A stretch of 63,946 bases of DNA, counting the filler, from Phoronis australis (lineage: Eukaryota > Animalia > Phoronida), in the NCBI GenBank assembly GCA_002633005.1. It is 12 parts of 12 records of this genome, joined end to end, with 100 filler letters (N's around TTAATTAATTAA, not from the genome) between each part and the next. Parts side by side here need not be neighbours in the genome. Positions count along the whole stretch, not along the records: positions 10,546 to 26,057 come from NMRA01001530.1; positions 26,158 to 30,261 come from NMRA01002700.1; positions 30,362 to 38,847 come from NMRA01001891.1; 9 more parts are not named here. One strand, given 5' to 3'. This document shows positions 25,223 through 38,500 of the stretch, piece by piece. The notes under the pieces were generated by a model. It had not been told where the DNA came from. It was given only the letters and a program-made list of their open reading frames with translations, and searched no databases. The position numbers and the translations under genes are program-made. Numbering within the stretch: the stretch's first letter is position 1; every line of letters starts with the position of its first letter.

Positions 25223-25391
25223 CCTGCCCGGCAACCTGAAATCGGGAACCAATTGAGATGGAACTCAGTCAGAATAATCATTAGATGCCTTTTTAGTCAT
25301 ACACGTNCCTGCCCGGCAACCTGAAATCGGGAACCAATTGAGATGGAACTCGGTCAGAATAATCACTAGATGCCTTTTTAGTCATACACGT
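25223..25391. repeat. ~85-bp near-perfect tandem duplication
   Basis: cctgcccggcaacctgaaatcggg...tttagtcatacacgt occurs twice head-to-tail with about 2 substitutions. Confidence 0.9.
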
Positions 25392-25606
25392 AGCGCTTGC
25401 GACAATGACGCTCTGCTCGAACCGTCATATTCTGAGGAATCCGCAGAATACCCTTCGGTACGTACTGGTCTGCATGTACGTATACTTGGGCGAATCCAGG
25501 ATGCAAGGGGTCCCGACCCCCCTTTTCTTTTAATTTAGTGATATCAAATGTATAATTTTCAAATTGTTGACGCAGACCCTCCTTTTAAAAATCCTTGATC
25601 CGACCC

Positions 25607-25859
25607 CAGGGGCGGATTTTTTTGGGGGGGGCAATTGGCCCCCCTAAAATTCTTCCATATACCATTTGGCAGTTCGGGGTGCGGGGGCGAATGCACAATG
25701 CAAATCCCGGTCTCCGTTTTTTTAGTAATAAGGTCCATAAACCCAAAAATTCGAGACCCCTGCAATCCTACAATTTAGTCTGGGCGTGCGACGCATGTGG
25801 CGAAATTCTGGTTATTCCTGTGCCCTGCCCCCCAACTCAAAATCCTGGATCTGCCCCTG
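25607..25859 (+). mobile_element. CAGGGGCGGAT-family MITE (hAT-like termini)
   Basis: TIR caggggcggat / atctgcccctg; GACCC directly flanks both ends. Confidence 0.8.
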
Positions 25860-26987
25860 GACCCCTCCCCTTTAAAAATTCTTGGTCTCCCCTGTTACGT
25901 TTGATCTTGTGTCGTCCTGAATATTGAAAATAGTCCGTTCCCCCACTGCGTCGCAAATGCAACCGGTACAGCCTCATCCAGTTGCACCTGACCAAGTCTA
26001 AAATTAAGCCCGGTTTAAGACTAAGTTAACTAAGTAACCTATACCTCGTTGGTGAAANNNNNNNNNNNNNNNNNNNNNNNNNNNNNNNNNNNNNNNNNNN
26101 NTTAATTAATTAANNNNNNNNNNNNNNNNNNNNNNNNNNNNNNNNNNNNNNNNNNNNAAGCTCAATAGCTCAAGCAAAGATACTGGCTCAGGCAAAAGAT
26201 AGCTGCACCGATTATAAGACCAAATGATAAAACGCGGAGATTTACCTCAGAATAGACACGAAATACACCCTCACTTATCTCGCGGAACGGATGTCCTTTA
26301 TGCTATTAGAAAACGTCTACATCGCGCAGCCAACAACTAGGCATATACACGGATAATCCGACAAATTTCTCCTCAAAAATTCCATGGGAATGTTTTAAAA
26401 ACCGCTTACACTCGTTTGTGTCACGTTTGGAAGTCTCAAGCGCTGTACCCCCAAGAATAGTGTTTGGTGTTTTTGCTCAATGTTATGTTTCACTTAATGT
26501 TATGTTTCACTTACCTAAGTCATTGTTTTATAGTTAAAAGCCTGTATATAATGGTTCGCTTTCTGGGCTAAATATTTGTATTTAATGTATTGTCATTTGT
26601 AGCAATATAAAACTTCCAGGAATCAGGTGGGCAAACGAACATTCTATCTCTTACGAAGTTTCATGAACAGCTGACACGAGTCAACAATATAATATGCTGA
26701 TTCAAAATCACTTATTTGTGTAGTCACCAACTGCCCTTGTATGATGCACGGCAGAGCTTCTCGAACAAATGCTATGGTTGCTAATTTCACAAATGAGTGG
26801 TTAATTAATACGACCTGTCGCTAAAAACAAAGCATTGATACGCAGAGCGTCCCAAAAAGTTCAAAGTTAGCAAACTGAAACTAATGGGGGGTTTTTCTTA
26901 CTCCAAGAGTTTCAAACTTGTTCAAAATTACACGTAGAACTTTTAGAAAAGGTTGCAAACTTTTCATGTGACCAACCTCAACCAATT

Positions 26988-27222
26988 AAGAGGCGGATCT
27001 ACAGGGGGGTTCAGGGGGTTTAAAGCCCCCCTCGGGACAGGATCAAAAATAAAAACTGGAAAAAAAATCGCCAGGAAAACGAAATTAGCTACTAAAAATC
27101 CCCAAAAATCTTACACGGGAGGAGGGAAACCCTCTCGCGACCTTTCTTCTCCTCGGCGCTACGCGCCTCGGATTCTTTCGAATCCTAAACCCCCCCTTAC
27201 TGAAATCGTAGATCTGCCACTG
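26988..27222. mobile_element. MITE with (C/A)AG(T/A)GGC(G/A)GATCTAC termini and 6-bp TSD CCAATT
   Basis: ccaatt|aagaggcggatctac ... gtagatctgccactg|ccaatt. Confidence 0.8.
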
Positions 27223-29656
27223 CCAATTGTGCAGTTACAGCGCAAATTCCACAGATTTTTCAAAAAGCAAGAGACTGGTCCACACGACCCTGCGTTTTTC
27301 AAAAAAAAAAACACGAAAATTTCGCAACTTGTAGTGATTTTTCATGAACTTAACTACTACACACCTCACGAATCACGTTAATGGATTGTGTGCAAATGGA
27401 TATTTCTTACACACATGGATAGGTGGCGCTTACCATAGTTACATTGTACGGTTGCGAAATCGTCAACAGATTTTTTACGATGTGTTTTTGATGATATTTC
27501 ACTGAAACTGTAACCATTTAAAGTGACATTATCGAAATGGGTCCTGGGTAAGCAAATGAGTTATGCATCATTTTGCAGCGCAATATCCTGCTGGACCCTG
27601 CATCCACAAGTTACGTCACGTCACCCCATTAATCATGACATGCCAGCAGACTGGTTCGTGAAAAGTGACTTAAAACGTAAGTCAGAAATTTCAGTAAAAC
27701 CATTTGGTATTTATATTTCACCGGTATTTATATTTCAGAGTCGCACCCTAAAAGCCTGCGTGGTTCGATCGTTCGTGGTGCTCCCCGTTGAGCTGCAGTG
27801 CCATCTTTTGTTAATTTTCGAAAACGTTTTCAAGCGACAAATTCAAGGAATATAGTCCACTACTACGGCATATCTTTTTTCAACATGTTAATGTTTATTT
27901 TCATAGGTCACTCAGGTATCACATTGTTTTCCTGTCAAATAAACTTTTTTTCGTTGATTTAAATGTTCAATAAACAGCACGGTGGGTGAATGTTTGCTGC
28001 CCAGCAAAATTTTAAAACCAAGCGGAAATGGCCAACCATCGTTTCCCAGAGTAACGTATATGCGCGTACTCAAGCCCATGACAATTATTCACGAAAAAAC
28101 ATGTTCAACTATTCCGCATATTGATGCATGCACCCACGCTTCGCTAATAGGTACAAAAGGTTATCCCAAGTTGTCTTTTTATTTATTTCATGAGCATAAG
28201 TCCATACAAAAATAACATTACTGCCCAGAAATCAAACGATCGTCATATCTATCCCTTGCAGATACGCACATCCTTAATTTTGATTTTCTGTGTCTCCTTT
28301 TTGACCAATCTTGGTTCTATATATTTTACTAACTGACATTAAACGGGATATACCGAACATCTAACGTATTATGACGGATAAGTCAAGTTTCACGCGCATG
28401 CTGCATGATTTTCAAAACCTCCTCCTCGGTATTTGCTTGAAAGTTTCGCGCGTTGTCACACTCGCCTACTTCTACATGGAAGCATAGAATTTGTGCAGGC
28501 GTCGAATTAGTCGGAGACGTTTTAAGAAAAATTACACCAGCGGATATTTTACAAATTTCGTGAACACGTTCATAGGAGATGAAACTTCGTATATCGTCGT
28601 GAATCATTGTTTCGAAATCTAGTCATGTCTAATCTGGAGACAACCAGAACAAAACGACTTGCACGCACGTATACTTTCAGCTTTGATTAGTTTATTTCCA
28701 TATAATCTCTTTGTCCGTTTTGCGGAAGTCAAAAAAGCATGCGCAGAAATTTGTAAGAAGAGGAATAAGAAGTGCCCTGGCGGATCCAGTAGGATATTGC
28801 AAGGGGGGTGGCAATAACAATGGAATTAATTGAGGGCAAAGTATTGAAAATAGAGAGCATAAAACATATCCGGCATGCGCATGGGCGACTTCCTGGGCCT
28901 ATTTTAAGAAAAGCTTAGGTGCAGACGCCCACTTAGAGATCGAACTCTTGGTCGAAACATTTTTTGAAAAATTGCACAATTCACGGTACATAAACGTACT
29001 TTTGAATGTAAGTGTGTATATGTATGACTATGTATGTTTGTACGTGTGCGTGTGTGTGTGCGTGTGCGTGTGGTTGTACTGCCCATACACAGGTAGGCCT
29101 ATATGCGACGGTGGTTGACCGGGCTTGGTTGTTCGTGATACTTACTGTTTTTATTTAGCTGTGTGGATTGCCTGGGATTTATGCGGGTTTTGGCCGACTG
29201 GGCGTTGACACTTATGGTGGAGTGAACGAAAGCAGATCAGCACGTGTTTATAAAACTGTCATCAAAGAAAACATAGCACCTCGTGTATTAACTGAGAAAC
29301 CTACTATCTGGGTTATTTCTTGCGAGACTTCTGTGAACATGCACGTGTGTTATAAACCAGTTTTTGGTAAGCCACATCGATACACGCCAATTGCGCATTT
29401 TCGACTAGTAAGCTGGCACACCGTATGTGCAACAGAACTAATGGCTTTTTGGTGTTGAATCGTGCAGACGACCCTTGCCTGACGTTTGTCTTTATTCTGA
29501 CACGATTATTTTCATGCATTCCTTTAGCCATCGTTTATTAGGTTTTCTTAATCGCGTCGAAACGGTTATGCGGTCAGGCTGACGATGTTAACACTTATTG
29601 AGCTTACCCGTAATAACAGAAGACATTTTTGGTTTAGATAATGCAGAATACACCTG

Positions 29657-29807
29657 GCGTGCGTTCAGTAGACGCTTGGACCAACGCTAGGACCTAGCTA
29701 AAACCTAGTCAAAGTCACGTGTTCTCATTTAATATACACGGCAATAACTCACGTAATCTCGCGAAGTCTTGCTTTTTAGCGAGGTCCTAGCGTTACTGAA
29801 CGGGAGG
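29657..29807. mobile_element. 150-bp MITE, copy 2, 3-bp TSD CTG (Harbinger-like)
   Basis: ctg|gcgtgcgttcagta ... tactgaacgggagg|ctg; aligns with 24275-24424. Confidence 0.85.
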
Positions 29808-30474
29808 CTGGTTGTTGTTCTTACAGAATTTAAGAGGCAGTCTAAACAAAAACCAGTAGATTTTCAAAAATCAATCTATACGTCAAAATTCACAACTTTA
29901 TTTTTTGTACATGGATAAGTATCGTAATAAAAATCTAAATGCGCTCAATGACCCCCAATTTCGCGGCTGAAGCACTTGATCGCAATTGGTCATATTAGCC
30001 GTCTCCATAATTGTGTGTTTTCGGCTATACATGCTAGTAAAATGCATTCAAACATGTCTACCTCGGCGCCCAATTTTGTTCCAAAATGGAGATACATGCC
30101 ATAAAAAGAGAAATAACGGATAAAAATTCTTGAAAAGCGAAATTTTTTCTACATCTGGCCAAGCCAAACTCATGTGCTAAGTCTCAAAAACATCAGGGAT
30201 TTTGGGTATAGACTCTCCCTGTTGGTTTTTATATTGACTCACTCTTAAATATTTTACCGTCNNNNNNNNNNNNNNNNNNNNNNNNNNNNNNNNNNNNNNN
30301 NNNNNTTAATTAATTAANNNNNNNNNNNNNNNNNNNNNNNNNNNNNNNNNNNNNNNNNNNNGTTGCTACATCATAATTAAGCTTTATTATAAACTATCAA
30401 CATTATTTACAAGTATTTCCTCACACTGATAAGCAAAAGCAAACCAACAGCCAAGCAATCACAAAACATCTTAC

Positions 30475-30674
30475 GAGTCAGACTTCTTCATAGCCCAATC
30501 TTCCCTGTTTGATCTGTGCAGTTCACTCCCAGACAGGCGAGGTCGTCTTTGGCTGACTTTTTGAACATTTGGTTCTGAGCCAGCTCTACGCATTTGAGAG
30601 GTGCCACTACGACGTTTAGGTTGAATTGCCTTTTCGTACGCAATATTGATTCGATGAGCAATAGGATCATCAAA
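30475..30674 (-). CDS. C2-domain protein, downstream exon FDDPIAHRINIAYEKAIQPKRRSGTSQMRRAGSEPNVQ...MKKSD
   Basis: Acceptor gaatttttag, donor gtaaga, 200 nt open in phase 0 following exon 30950-31822 (a different frame from the ORF-track call). Confidence 0.8.
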
Positions 30675-30949
30675 CTAAAAATTCAACAACCCATATTTTT
30701 GTAATGGATTCACCTTTAGTTTGCATTTCTTTACACCAAAAACATGAAAAAGCACTCAATTGAAACCAGAAAAAATAAGAAAAAAATCAGTTTCTCAACT
30801 CTACCGTTTAGTCATTAACAAAACAAGAACACAGAAGAGAATGTTTCAAATCATTGGATAACCCTGTGGACAAATATGTCACATTCAACGCTTCAACAAC
30901 ATATCGGTAGCAGAAAACAAAATGAAAACATTAGGAACAATAACCATAC

Positions 30950-31822
30950 CTGAACATCATCAAGGTTGGTTTCCATCACTCTCTTATTCCACAGTTCCCT
31001 AGATCTGGAAGAGTCTACTGTCGATGATGATGTGGGGGACATAGCCTCTGCCCTTAGGTTTTGCCTCGAGTTTTCGACAGACCGCGACAAGTGACCTCTC
31101 CTGGCAGACTCCAAGTCACGTTCGGGTGCATCTTGAAAACAATTTTCGGCCAACATAGCTTTCCTGGTGGAACGCAGGTCAAATTCAGGCGATGTCATGC
31201 TACGTTCTAGAGGCGACTTGCGCGTCCGTGTACGCGGGAGAGATCTATGTTCAGGTAGACTCGTAGACAACAAGCTAGGTGATTGAGGATTGAGACCCAG
31301 ACTGCCATCTGTCGAATCATCGAAGGATACACCACGGCTTTGACTGTACCTACGCCTCAGTTCTGCCACATATGGCGGCGACATTATGTCCGTGTTTGAC
31401 AGACGCACCATGTTGGTTGTTGTTGGCAATGGTGGCGGTGATGTGGCGTTACCGACAGCTGATTTGAAGTCATGATCTGGAAGCAATTTGACTGGCTCAC
31501 TTAAGTTAGAGCCACTACTGCTTGACCTCTTGTTGATATTATTATCACTGCCCCTTTTGTCTCTGTCTTTATCAGCACCTGACTGCCTGCGCTTGCGAGA
31601 TTTGGAATTTGCAAAAGAAGATTTAACTGGTGTGCTGACACTGGATCCCACATCGCCATCGAAGACAGAATCGGAGCTCTCTTGTCGACTGTTGCGGCGC
31701 TTAGTTGGAGCTGTCACTTCACCCTGTTGTTGGACACTAGAGGTCGGGTCAGGGGTGACCTTGATCGAGCACTGAAGGTGCCCTGAGGGTACACCTTGCA
31801 GCTGGAACCAGTGAGGACTACC
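30950..31822 (-). CDS. C2-domain protein: end of C2 domain (GSPHWFQLQGVPSGHLQCSIKV) plus about 265-aa Ser/Arg-rich low-complexity region
   Basis: Acceptor tttctttctttcag, donor CAG|gtatgg, 873 nt = 291 codons, same frame as ORF 30893-31717. Confidence 0.92.
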
Positions 31823-32076
31823 CTGAAAGAAAGAAATGTTTCAGTTGCCAAATTTGAAAACATAAAATGAAAGAAAAACAGTGGAAAAATGTTGAATATC
31901 AATTTATCGTTATGGATACAGGTAAACATATTGAATAGTAATAAACAACCAAAAAAGAACAAAAGAAATTATTTGTAAACTTACTTAAATTTAAACTTCA
32001 GCTACTGTTTCTTTGGTATAATGAAGATAAGAAAAAAACTCAACTTTTTCATGGAAATTAAAAAGAATAATCATAC

Positions 32077-32166
32077 TTGAGACGATATTTTTTGAATTTC
32101 ATCAATTCCAAGAGTGACAGAGCCCAAGAAATCTTTAACAAACAGCCGGTCTCGGTCCCATATGAT
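32077..32166 (-). CDS. C2-domain exon IIWDRDRLFVKDFLGSVTLGIDEIQKISSQ
   Basis: Acceptor cttatcttttcag, donor CAA|gtatga, 90 nt, phase 0 to 0; canonical WDxD...DFLG motif. Confidence 0.93.
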
Positions 32167-32782
32167 CTGAAAAGATAAGCAAGAATTCGAGAAGTCCAAA
32201 ATTGTTCTAAATAGAAAAATACATCCTTCATCACAAATAAATCATATATCAAAATAATCAGCAACTTTGAAAAATGTGTTTGAATTTTTTTGTCAACATA
32301 AGACAGACGAATGTCTTTGAAACATTTCATGTTTTCACCTTTTCTGAAAAAGATGATCACTATATTCCCAAAATTTTCAAATGAAAAAATTTCACTTTCA
32401 AATTCCATACAGTGTATAATAAGGTCCCCAAAATCGACTGGCGGTTGGCATTGCCCCACCAATATCAAGTTCTTTACCTTCTTTAGATATCACACCAACA
32501 ATATTTTTCCCCAAGTCAAAACTTAATTTTCTTGCTGGGACCTTGGAAACGAGGTGACAAAATAAAACTGTGGTGACCTTTAACATCTCAGTACAAAATA
32601 TGACCATAATCTATACCTCCCTTCTTGAGATGTCGTGCTAACATATTTTATGTTCGGAATATGTCCCGAAAATAATAGGTGCACCGCAAGCTCCATTTCC
32701 AGAGATACAAAGGAGACTGTGTATAGGCGATATAAGGTCATTTATTATGACTGATAAGGTACAGAAATATGAGTGTACAAAT

Positions 32783-33298
32783 CAGGGCTTGGAATGACCA
32801 ATGACAAAAAACGCGGAAACTTTGAAACTTTTACGGCCCAAATCATGCCCCCGATAACCAGCCTTGAAATGGTCAATGTGAACCTTTCCCCGACAAAAAT
32901 CGGGAGGACTAAAAAAAAAATAAAAAAATAAAAAAAACGATACCACCATCAGTAGCATGCGTCTGCGTCCTTTTAGCTCGCCCGTCCACTCCCAACCCAC
33001 ACATTTTTGTAGAAGTATTTGTCGCCGCGCTTAACAATAACACGAGACGCCATTGAAAATCCCACCACGCTGTCCCAGATGCCCCGGCAATGTTGACAAT
33101 TTACGTTCCTCTGAAACATAAAGAGCAACTTCCGCTTTTCGAGGTGAACGTCGTCTGCAATGCCGCGGTAAGAAAGGAATTTGCCGCGGAAATTTTATAT
33201 CAAATCCGATTTTTTTACGCGGAAATATTATAAAAAAAGCGGAAAGCACATTTGAAAAAAGCGGAAATCCGCGTTTCCGTGGAAAATTCCAAGCCCTG
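32783..33298. mobile_element. 516-bp intronic MITE, perfect 13-bp TIR CAGGGCTTGGAAT, 6-bp TSD ACAAAT
   Basis: acaaat|cagggcttggaat ... attccaagccctg|acaaat; gcggaaa subterminal motifs. Confidence 0.9.
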
Positions 33299-34322
33299 AC
33301 AAATAACATAAAGATAAAATAATAATCTCTGGAAAGATGGGCAATAAAAAGCGCCACGAGAGATGTTGAAGACAGCTCATGCCCATCTTTTTCCAAAAAA
33401 TTGATTTTCTCCATTTGACCTAGAAAATGATATCAAGGTCATCACAATTGACTGGCACATAGAGTCGCCTCATCTTGGAGCAAAATATGAACACTTTCTA
33501 AATCTCCTCCTTGAGACATGGTGCCAACATTTTCCCCAAGTCAAAACCTGATGTTCTCAATATGACCTTGAAAGTGACTAGTTGATTTTGGTGACCTTGA
33601 ATCACTTTCAAGGTCACCAAAATCAACTAGTAACTGGAATTGCCCCACAACACTATGGCACAAAACGAACAAAATTTAAAGCTTTGATCTTAAGACATCG
33701 CATCAACAACATTGTTAGCACAAAGCCGGGGACAAAACTTTCCACTGAGGTCAAAATCTGCAGTTTAAACTCACACAGACACTCGGCATATGATGATTGG
33801 TTCTTTTTACTGCATCAGTGAACACTTCTTAGCCATGTTTTACAACAGACATGTTGTGAAAAACAAGACAGGGATTAGTTTGTTGTAAGTGTAGAGATTA
33901 TTACATAGTATTGAGCAAGAAAGCCAGTTATGAAAGTGCTTGGCCCGTACTTCACACCCTTACTACTTAGGCTCACCCATATTTCACTACAAGGTCTACT
34001 CCAAACAGTGCATAAGGCAACGCTTGGAAATCAGCATGAAGAGGTTGAATTTGGCCACAAAACTGACTGGTGTGTTTTGAAACGTGTTTATTGTCCGCGA
34101 CCATGCTTGGCGTAAAATGACCTGCTGAGATAAGCCAAATTGTCAAGCAGTATAATTCATTGCAAGTTCTAAACAAACCCACTGTCACGTCAAATTTGAT
34201 CGGAGCGGAGCAATTTTGAGACCAATTTCATAACACAGTAAGTGGTCAGAACCAAAACTGAGGTTTGTAGCAGCTCCAACCGGGTAACATCAAAACACAC
34301 AGGAACACGACACAAAACTTAC

Positions 34323-34462
34323 AAGCTCCAAGAAATCCTCATCGCTGGGCATTACCATGGTGACATTTTCTTCCCACACTGGTGCAACGGTGCTGCATTT
34401 TGTGGTGGTTCTAAACTTCACCTCTGGTCCTATCTTGATTTCACAGTAAGGATCACTGAAAC
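34323..34462 (-). CDS. C2-domain exon (G)FSDPYCEIKIGPEVKFRTTTKCSTVAPVWEENVTMVMPSDEDFLEL
   Basis: Acceptor tttgtttccag, donor gtaagt, 140 nt, phase 1 to 0; SDPY and PVWEE C2 motifs. Confidence 0.95.
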
Positions 34463-34875
34463 CTGGAAACAAAAATTTGTGACATATTTAAACACAGACA
34501 AGACTGTGAAACAGTGTAATGAATAAATTAGAACATCTCCAATTGACAGTTTTCAGTCATTTTTTTAAAAGTTGATTTTTAAAATCTATTTCAAAAATAA
34601 AACAATTTAATAGGCTTTACTAAGATACTGTTAATTAAAAACGAAAAAGGACATAAAACACGAGAAATAAGTCGAAGGGTAATCAAAGTAATTAACTTCC
34701 ACTACTTAAAAACATCCAACAAATTATACATAAAATAATACACCAAAGGTTGTATATCCAGGCATAAGAATAATTAAAATAACAGTAGATATAAATAACA
34801 TTGGAATCCTATGAGCTACTGAGCAGAAAGTCTTTCTCCCTCTCATTATACCGATCACCTTGCGTCTGGTCTTAC

Positions 34876-34947
34876 CACTTGGTTTCGTAGATATCAGGTC
34901 CTTGGCTCTCAGTATGGCAAAGTCCACTAGTGGAGGGGTGGCCCCAT
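34876..34947 (-). CDS. C2-domain exon (D)GATPPLVDFAILRAKDLISTKPS
   Basis: Acceptor ttcaatatag, donor G|gtaaga, 72 nt, phase 1 to 1; RAKDL start-of-C2 motif. Confidence 0.9.
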
Positions 34948-35522
34948 CTATATTGAATACAGTTGCAACAGTGTTGAGACTAACTGAAGTTTGTGACTAA
35001 TACACGAATAAGCAATGTATTTCCTGAATCATTATTCAAAAGTACATGCAATAACACCTGACAACCAAGCATGAAAATATTCTTTCATTTTCTTTCTGGA
35101 CCAATAAATATTTTTTACCATAATTTTGAGGGATCAGTTACAGCAATTCCGACAATTGCAGTAGATGTTCAAGAAAAAAATACATTCATATTGCAATAAA
35201 ATATAAAACAGACACAAGTATGACACATTTAAAACAACCAGGGAGACACCTACATGTTGATCAAACGATGTTGTCAGCCTTTGGGCACCACTTAGAAAGA
35301 GCAGTTTACCCAAAGGTGTCTGCCACTCAGACTGTATAGGCATCTCTCTGTGGCTGTTTGAAGTATGCAAGCAGTAAAATACAGAATGACACGCTGACAT
35401 TTGTGTTTAAGATAGGAAGATTTCATGTGAAACGCAGCAGTTTCTAGCATATGCAGTTGACTTTGTATTTCACAATATGAATGAATTTGTTTGGCCTTAT
35501 GCCAATACATTACGCCACCCAC

Positions 35523-35595
35523 CTCTAAACCCACTGTCCACAGTTGCGCTGTCTGAACTGGCCTGGCTCATCTGACTTGGCAGTTTCCTTTTGGC
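35523..35595 (-). CDS. Candidate linker exon of the C2 gene AKRKLPSQMSQASSDSATVDSGFR
   Basis: Acceptor gatttcag, donor GAG|gtgggt, 73 nt, phase 0 to 1, compatible with the next exon; upstream join not resolved. Confidence 0.45.
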
Positions 35596-35939
35596 CTGAA
35601 ATCATGCAGATTCCATAATAACAACATACACTACACTCGTAACTGCTTCAGTCAGTTAAACGTTAATTAGTTGAGATAGGTTGTACCCTGTGCGCGATTG
35701 CATGACTTTGTATCACGAAGGCAATTATTTTGCTTATACTGTAAAATTTCCTGAACTTAGAATGGTGCCAAAGTCCTGAAAGTGCTACCTGCTGTTTGCA
35801 AGTAAAGTGAATGTCATCTAATAAAAAAAATAATTGCAGGCGGTCTGATACACATTGTACCAGACGTGCGCAGGCCTCGCATGTGGGCCCATTGCACTGA
35901 TCACCTGGAAATATTTTTATGCTTTATTAATATATGGTT

Positions 35940-36060
35940 AAAACCGAGCTGAGGAGCTAGAAACCTGGCTCAAGGGTTTAGCAGTGTGACCTGGTGGGAC
36001 TTGAACCCACGACCTCGAGTTAAGAAAGTGGGCACTTATCAACCAGGCCGCACTGCCTCC
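35940..36060 (-). mobile_element. tRNA-derived SINE fragment in an intron of the C2 gene
   Basis: Minus strand ggaggcagtgcggcctggttg (A box) ... GGTTCAAGTCC (B box), followed by ccttgagccagg body sequence. Confidence 0.75.
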
Positions 36061-38500
36061 TCAATGTCATCTATTAAGACAATGATTTGAGAAAACTTCA
36101 CAAATAACTCGAAGATTAACGGTTTAGATTTTTAAAGTGATTTTATTTATGTGCTGTTGTTACAACACCAACTCTAAAAATAAAACACAGTTGAGTATGA
36201 TGAGTATGTCTGGAGGAAGCAACTCCTTGGGAGATTCCAATGAAAATTAAGATGACTGTATTTGACTGATATGCTATTGAACAACGCAATTCCACAGTGA
36301 CTCAATTAGGAGTAGAAAAGGAAAGTAATGCAAAAGCTCTGCGTTGCCCATGACCAGTGAGGTTTCCTTTGACACAGCTACTAACTTTCCCTCAGTTATC
36401 CCCAGTGTTAGTAAGAGAGTAGCATGATGAGCGTATTGGGTTTGTTGACTCAGGTTACAAACCACATAGCTGTTTGGATGTACCTAATATTGTTTTGGGT
36501 TGTTTTCGCTTTTCTATGTTAAAAAGTCTGTCCGCATATTTGTCTTAATTACGGAAAACCTTCAAACTGAAGCACAAAAAATGGTCTACGACAAGTTACG
36601 GTATTTTGATGTGACCAGTTTTATAGTGCATGTATTGCTCTGTGGAAGGTTAATTCCTGCACTTGGACACTGTTCTAAAACAAATGGTCTGATATGGGTT
36701 AATGCTGACCTAACTGATATAGCTTGAACCCATCATTAGAGGGTAATCTTACATAACCAGATTGGTGAGACAACTGTCTCACGCACATTTTGCGTTTCAA
36801 TATTTTGCCTAATGCAATACTCGCTGACTCTATTGTGGTCTTCTTGTGATGTAATAGATCACATGACAAATCATATACACATTTTACAATTTTATGATTA
36901 TACTGACATCGATGAGGTAAAAAATCTTAGAAACTCATATTATAATCCTAATACCTATGAAATTGCAGAATTAAAACTCGGCAGTCTTAGAAACTTTAAA
37001 ATGACTGTAGCATCACATTTCAAATGTGTAAACATTGTAAACCAACAAAATCACCATAATTTAAATGATGTCATTTTCTAAAGTTTGGGAAACTAAAGTT
37101 GTTAATTTCAAAACAAAAGTTTCAGGTAAAACAAAAACGTTAAACAATTTATGCCCATGAGTGCATATCTGAAATAATGATTTTTTTCATTAAAATATGA
37201 TCTTCAAGTGTTTTGCATATAGTCCCATTTCAGATATAGGTGCAGCTTCACACATAGGCGCATGGGCCAAAATTTGTGAATTTACAGTATACGCAGAACT
37301 ACCTTTGCACTGGAAGGTCGCTCACTCGGAAAATTGTTGAGAATGAACTCTTCCATCAAGAGAATATGTTTGTCTGCAAAACAAAAGGCAGTGAAATTCC
37401 AGTAACAAACCGAAACGAGTTTCTGAGAAGAAATATTAGTTATTACAGATCTCATTATCTTGCCACACGTTGGTCGCATTCCATGAACAAAAATTGAACA
37501 GCTTCTTTGAATCTTAATTACACGGAAGTATAATTGTGTATGTAAACACTCATGATCATAACTATGTGCTGGTTTTCTATGAACAAAACGACCGTAAAGT
37601 TTCATTCCAAACATAATATTTCACACGATGATGCAAAACTTACAAAGAGCAATCTTAATTACAAACTTTATTATCATATTAGCGTTCAAAATCTACGGAA
37701 AATTTCAAACATTACCAAGGGCCAAGTTTTGCTCAGTCCCTGAAATGACCCGAGACTTGAATAATTACTCAGAGACATTTCTTACGTTTTGAAGAATACC
37801 AAAAGGAATTCGACCGGAAGTACTAGAAATCTTGAGTATCAATTCAGCTTTCCGATTAGTAATTAAGAATTAGTGCGACTGCACATAATTCCTGAGTAAA
37901 ATCTTGAGCACAGTTCGGAAAGTTGCTTAAAAATTCAAAGACAACAATGTGGCAACTTGAAAAAGTACCTTACATATATGTTTGAAGCTTTACATTCATA
38001 ACATATCCTATTACAAACTGTGACTTCGTAATAATGGAATTATCATCAGTATGAGTAAATGAAAAATCATTTACAAAGTATAGGCTTCCATTTTAAATTT
38101 GAGAAATCAGGAGACGACAAAGGATTCTTTCACACCTGCCGTAGTAGGAAACTTCAAGTTCATTGACCAGATTGCAGAGACACTGACACCCACTTTTGTT
38201 TTATCACACCAAAGACTTTCATAGCCACTGAAGAATAGTTCTCCAGTCTGGTTTATCCTGAAGGGACTTGAGTTAAGTTTAGTGGTCGCAATTTCTCAAG
38301 CATTACTCAAGTAAGTAGTTTGGAGTAAAATGTTTTGTGTAATTTAAGGGTTTGAGTAAAGTTTGATGGTCACGGGTCCACCTATCATATAAATTGGCAT
38401 TGGTAGTACCGCAGTCATCAGAAATGTCAGATGTCCTGTGCCGTGCACACTGCCCTCTACCACACAAAACATAACTGATCATAGATCACTGCAACTGCAC

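Larger units (their letters stand above)
24091..26057. mobile_element. Probable PIF/Harbinger-like non-autonomous element hosting nested MITEs; right end cut by the spacer
   Basis: Begins cag|ccgttttcataaag; subterminal tttcaccaac (about 24168) is mirrored by gttggtgaaa at 26048-26057; aaacc/ggttt motifs at both ends. Confidence 0.5.

Noticed and set aside
29159-29311. Possible plus-strand exon LCGLPGIYAGFGRLGVDTYGG...
   Set aside because: Good acceptor but no clear donor, partner exon or recognisable family
35250-35290. Extra 41-nt exon GAQRLTTSFDQHV in the C2 gene
   Set aside because: Weak acceptor, ambiguous donor, and phase conflict with the 35523-35595 candidate
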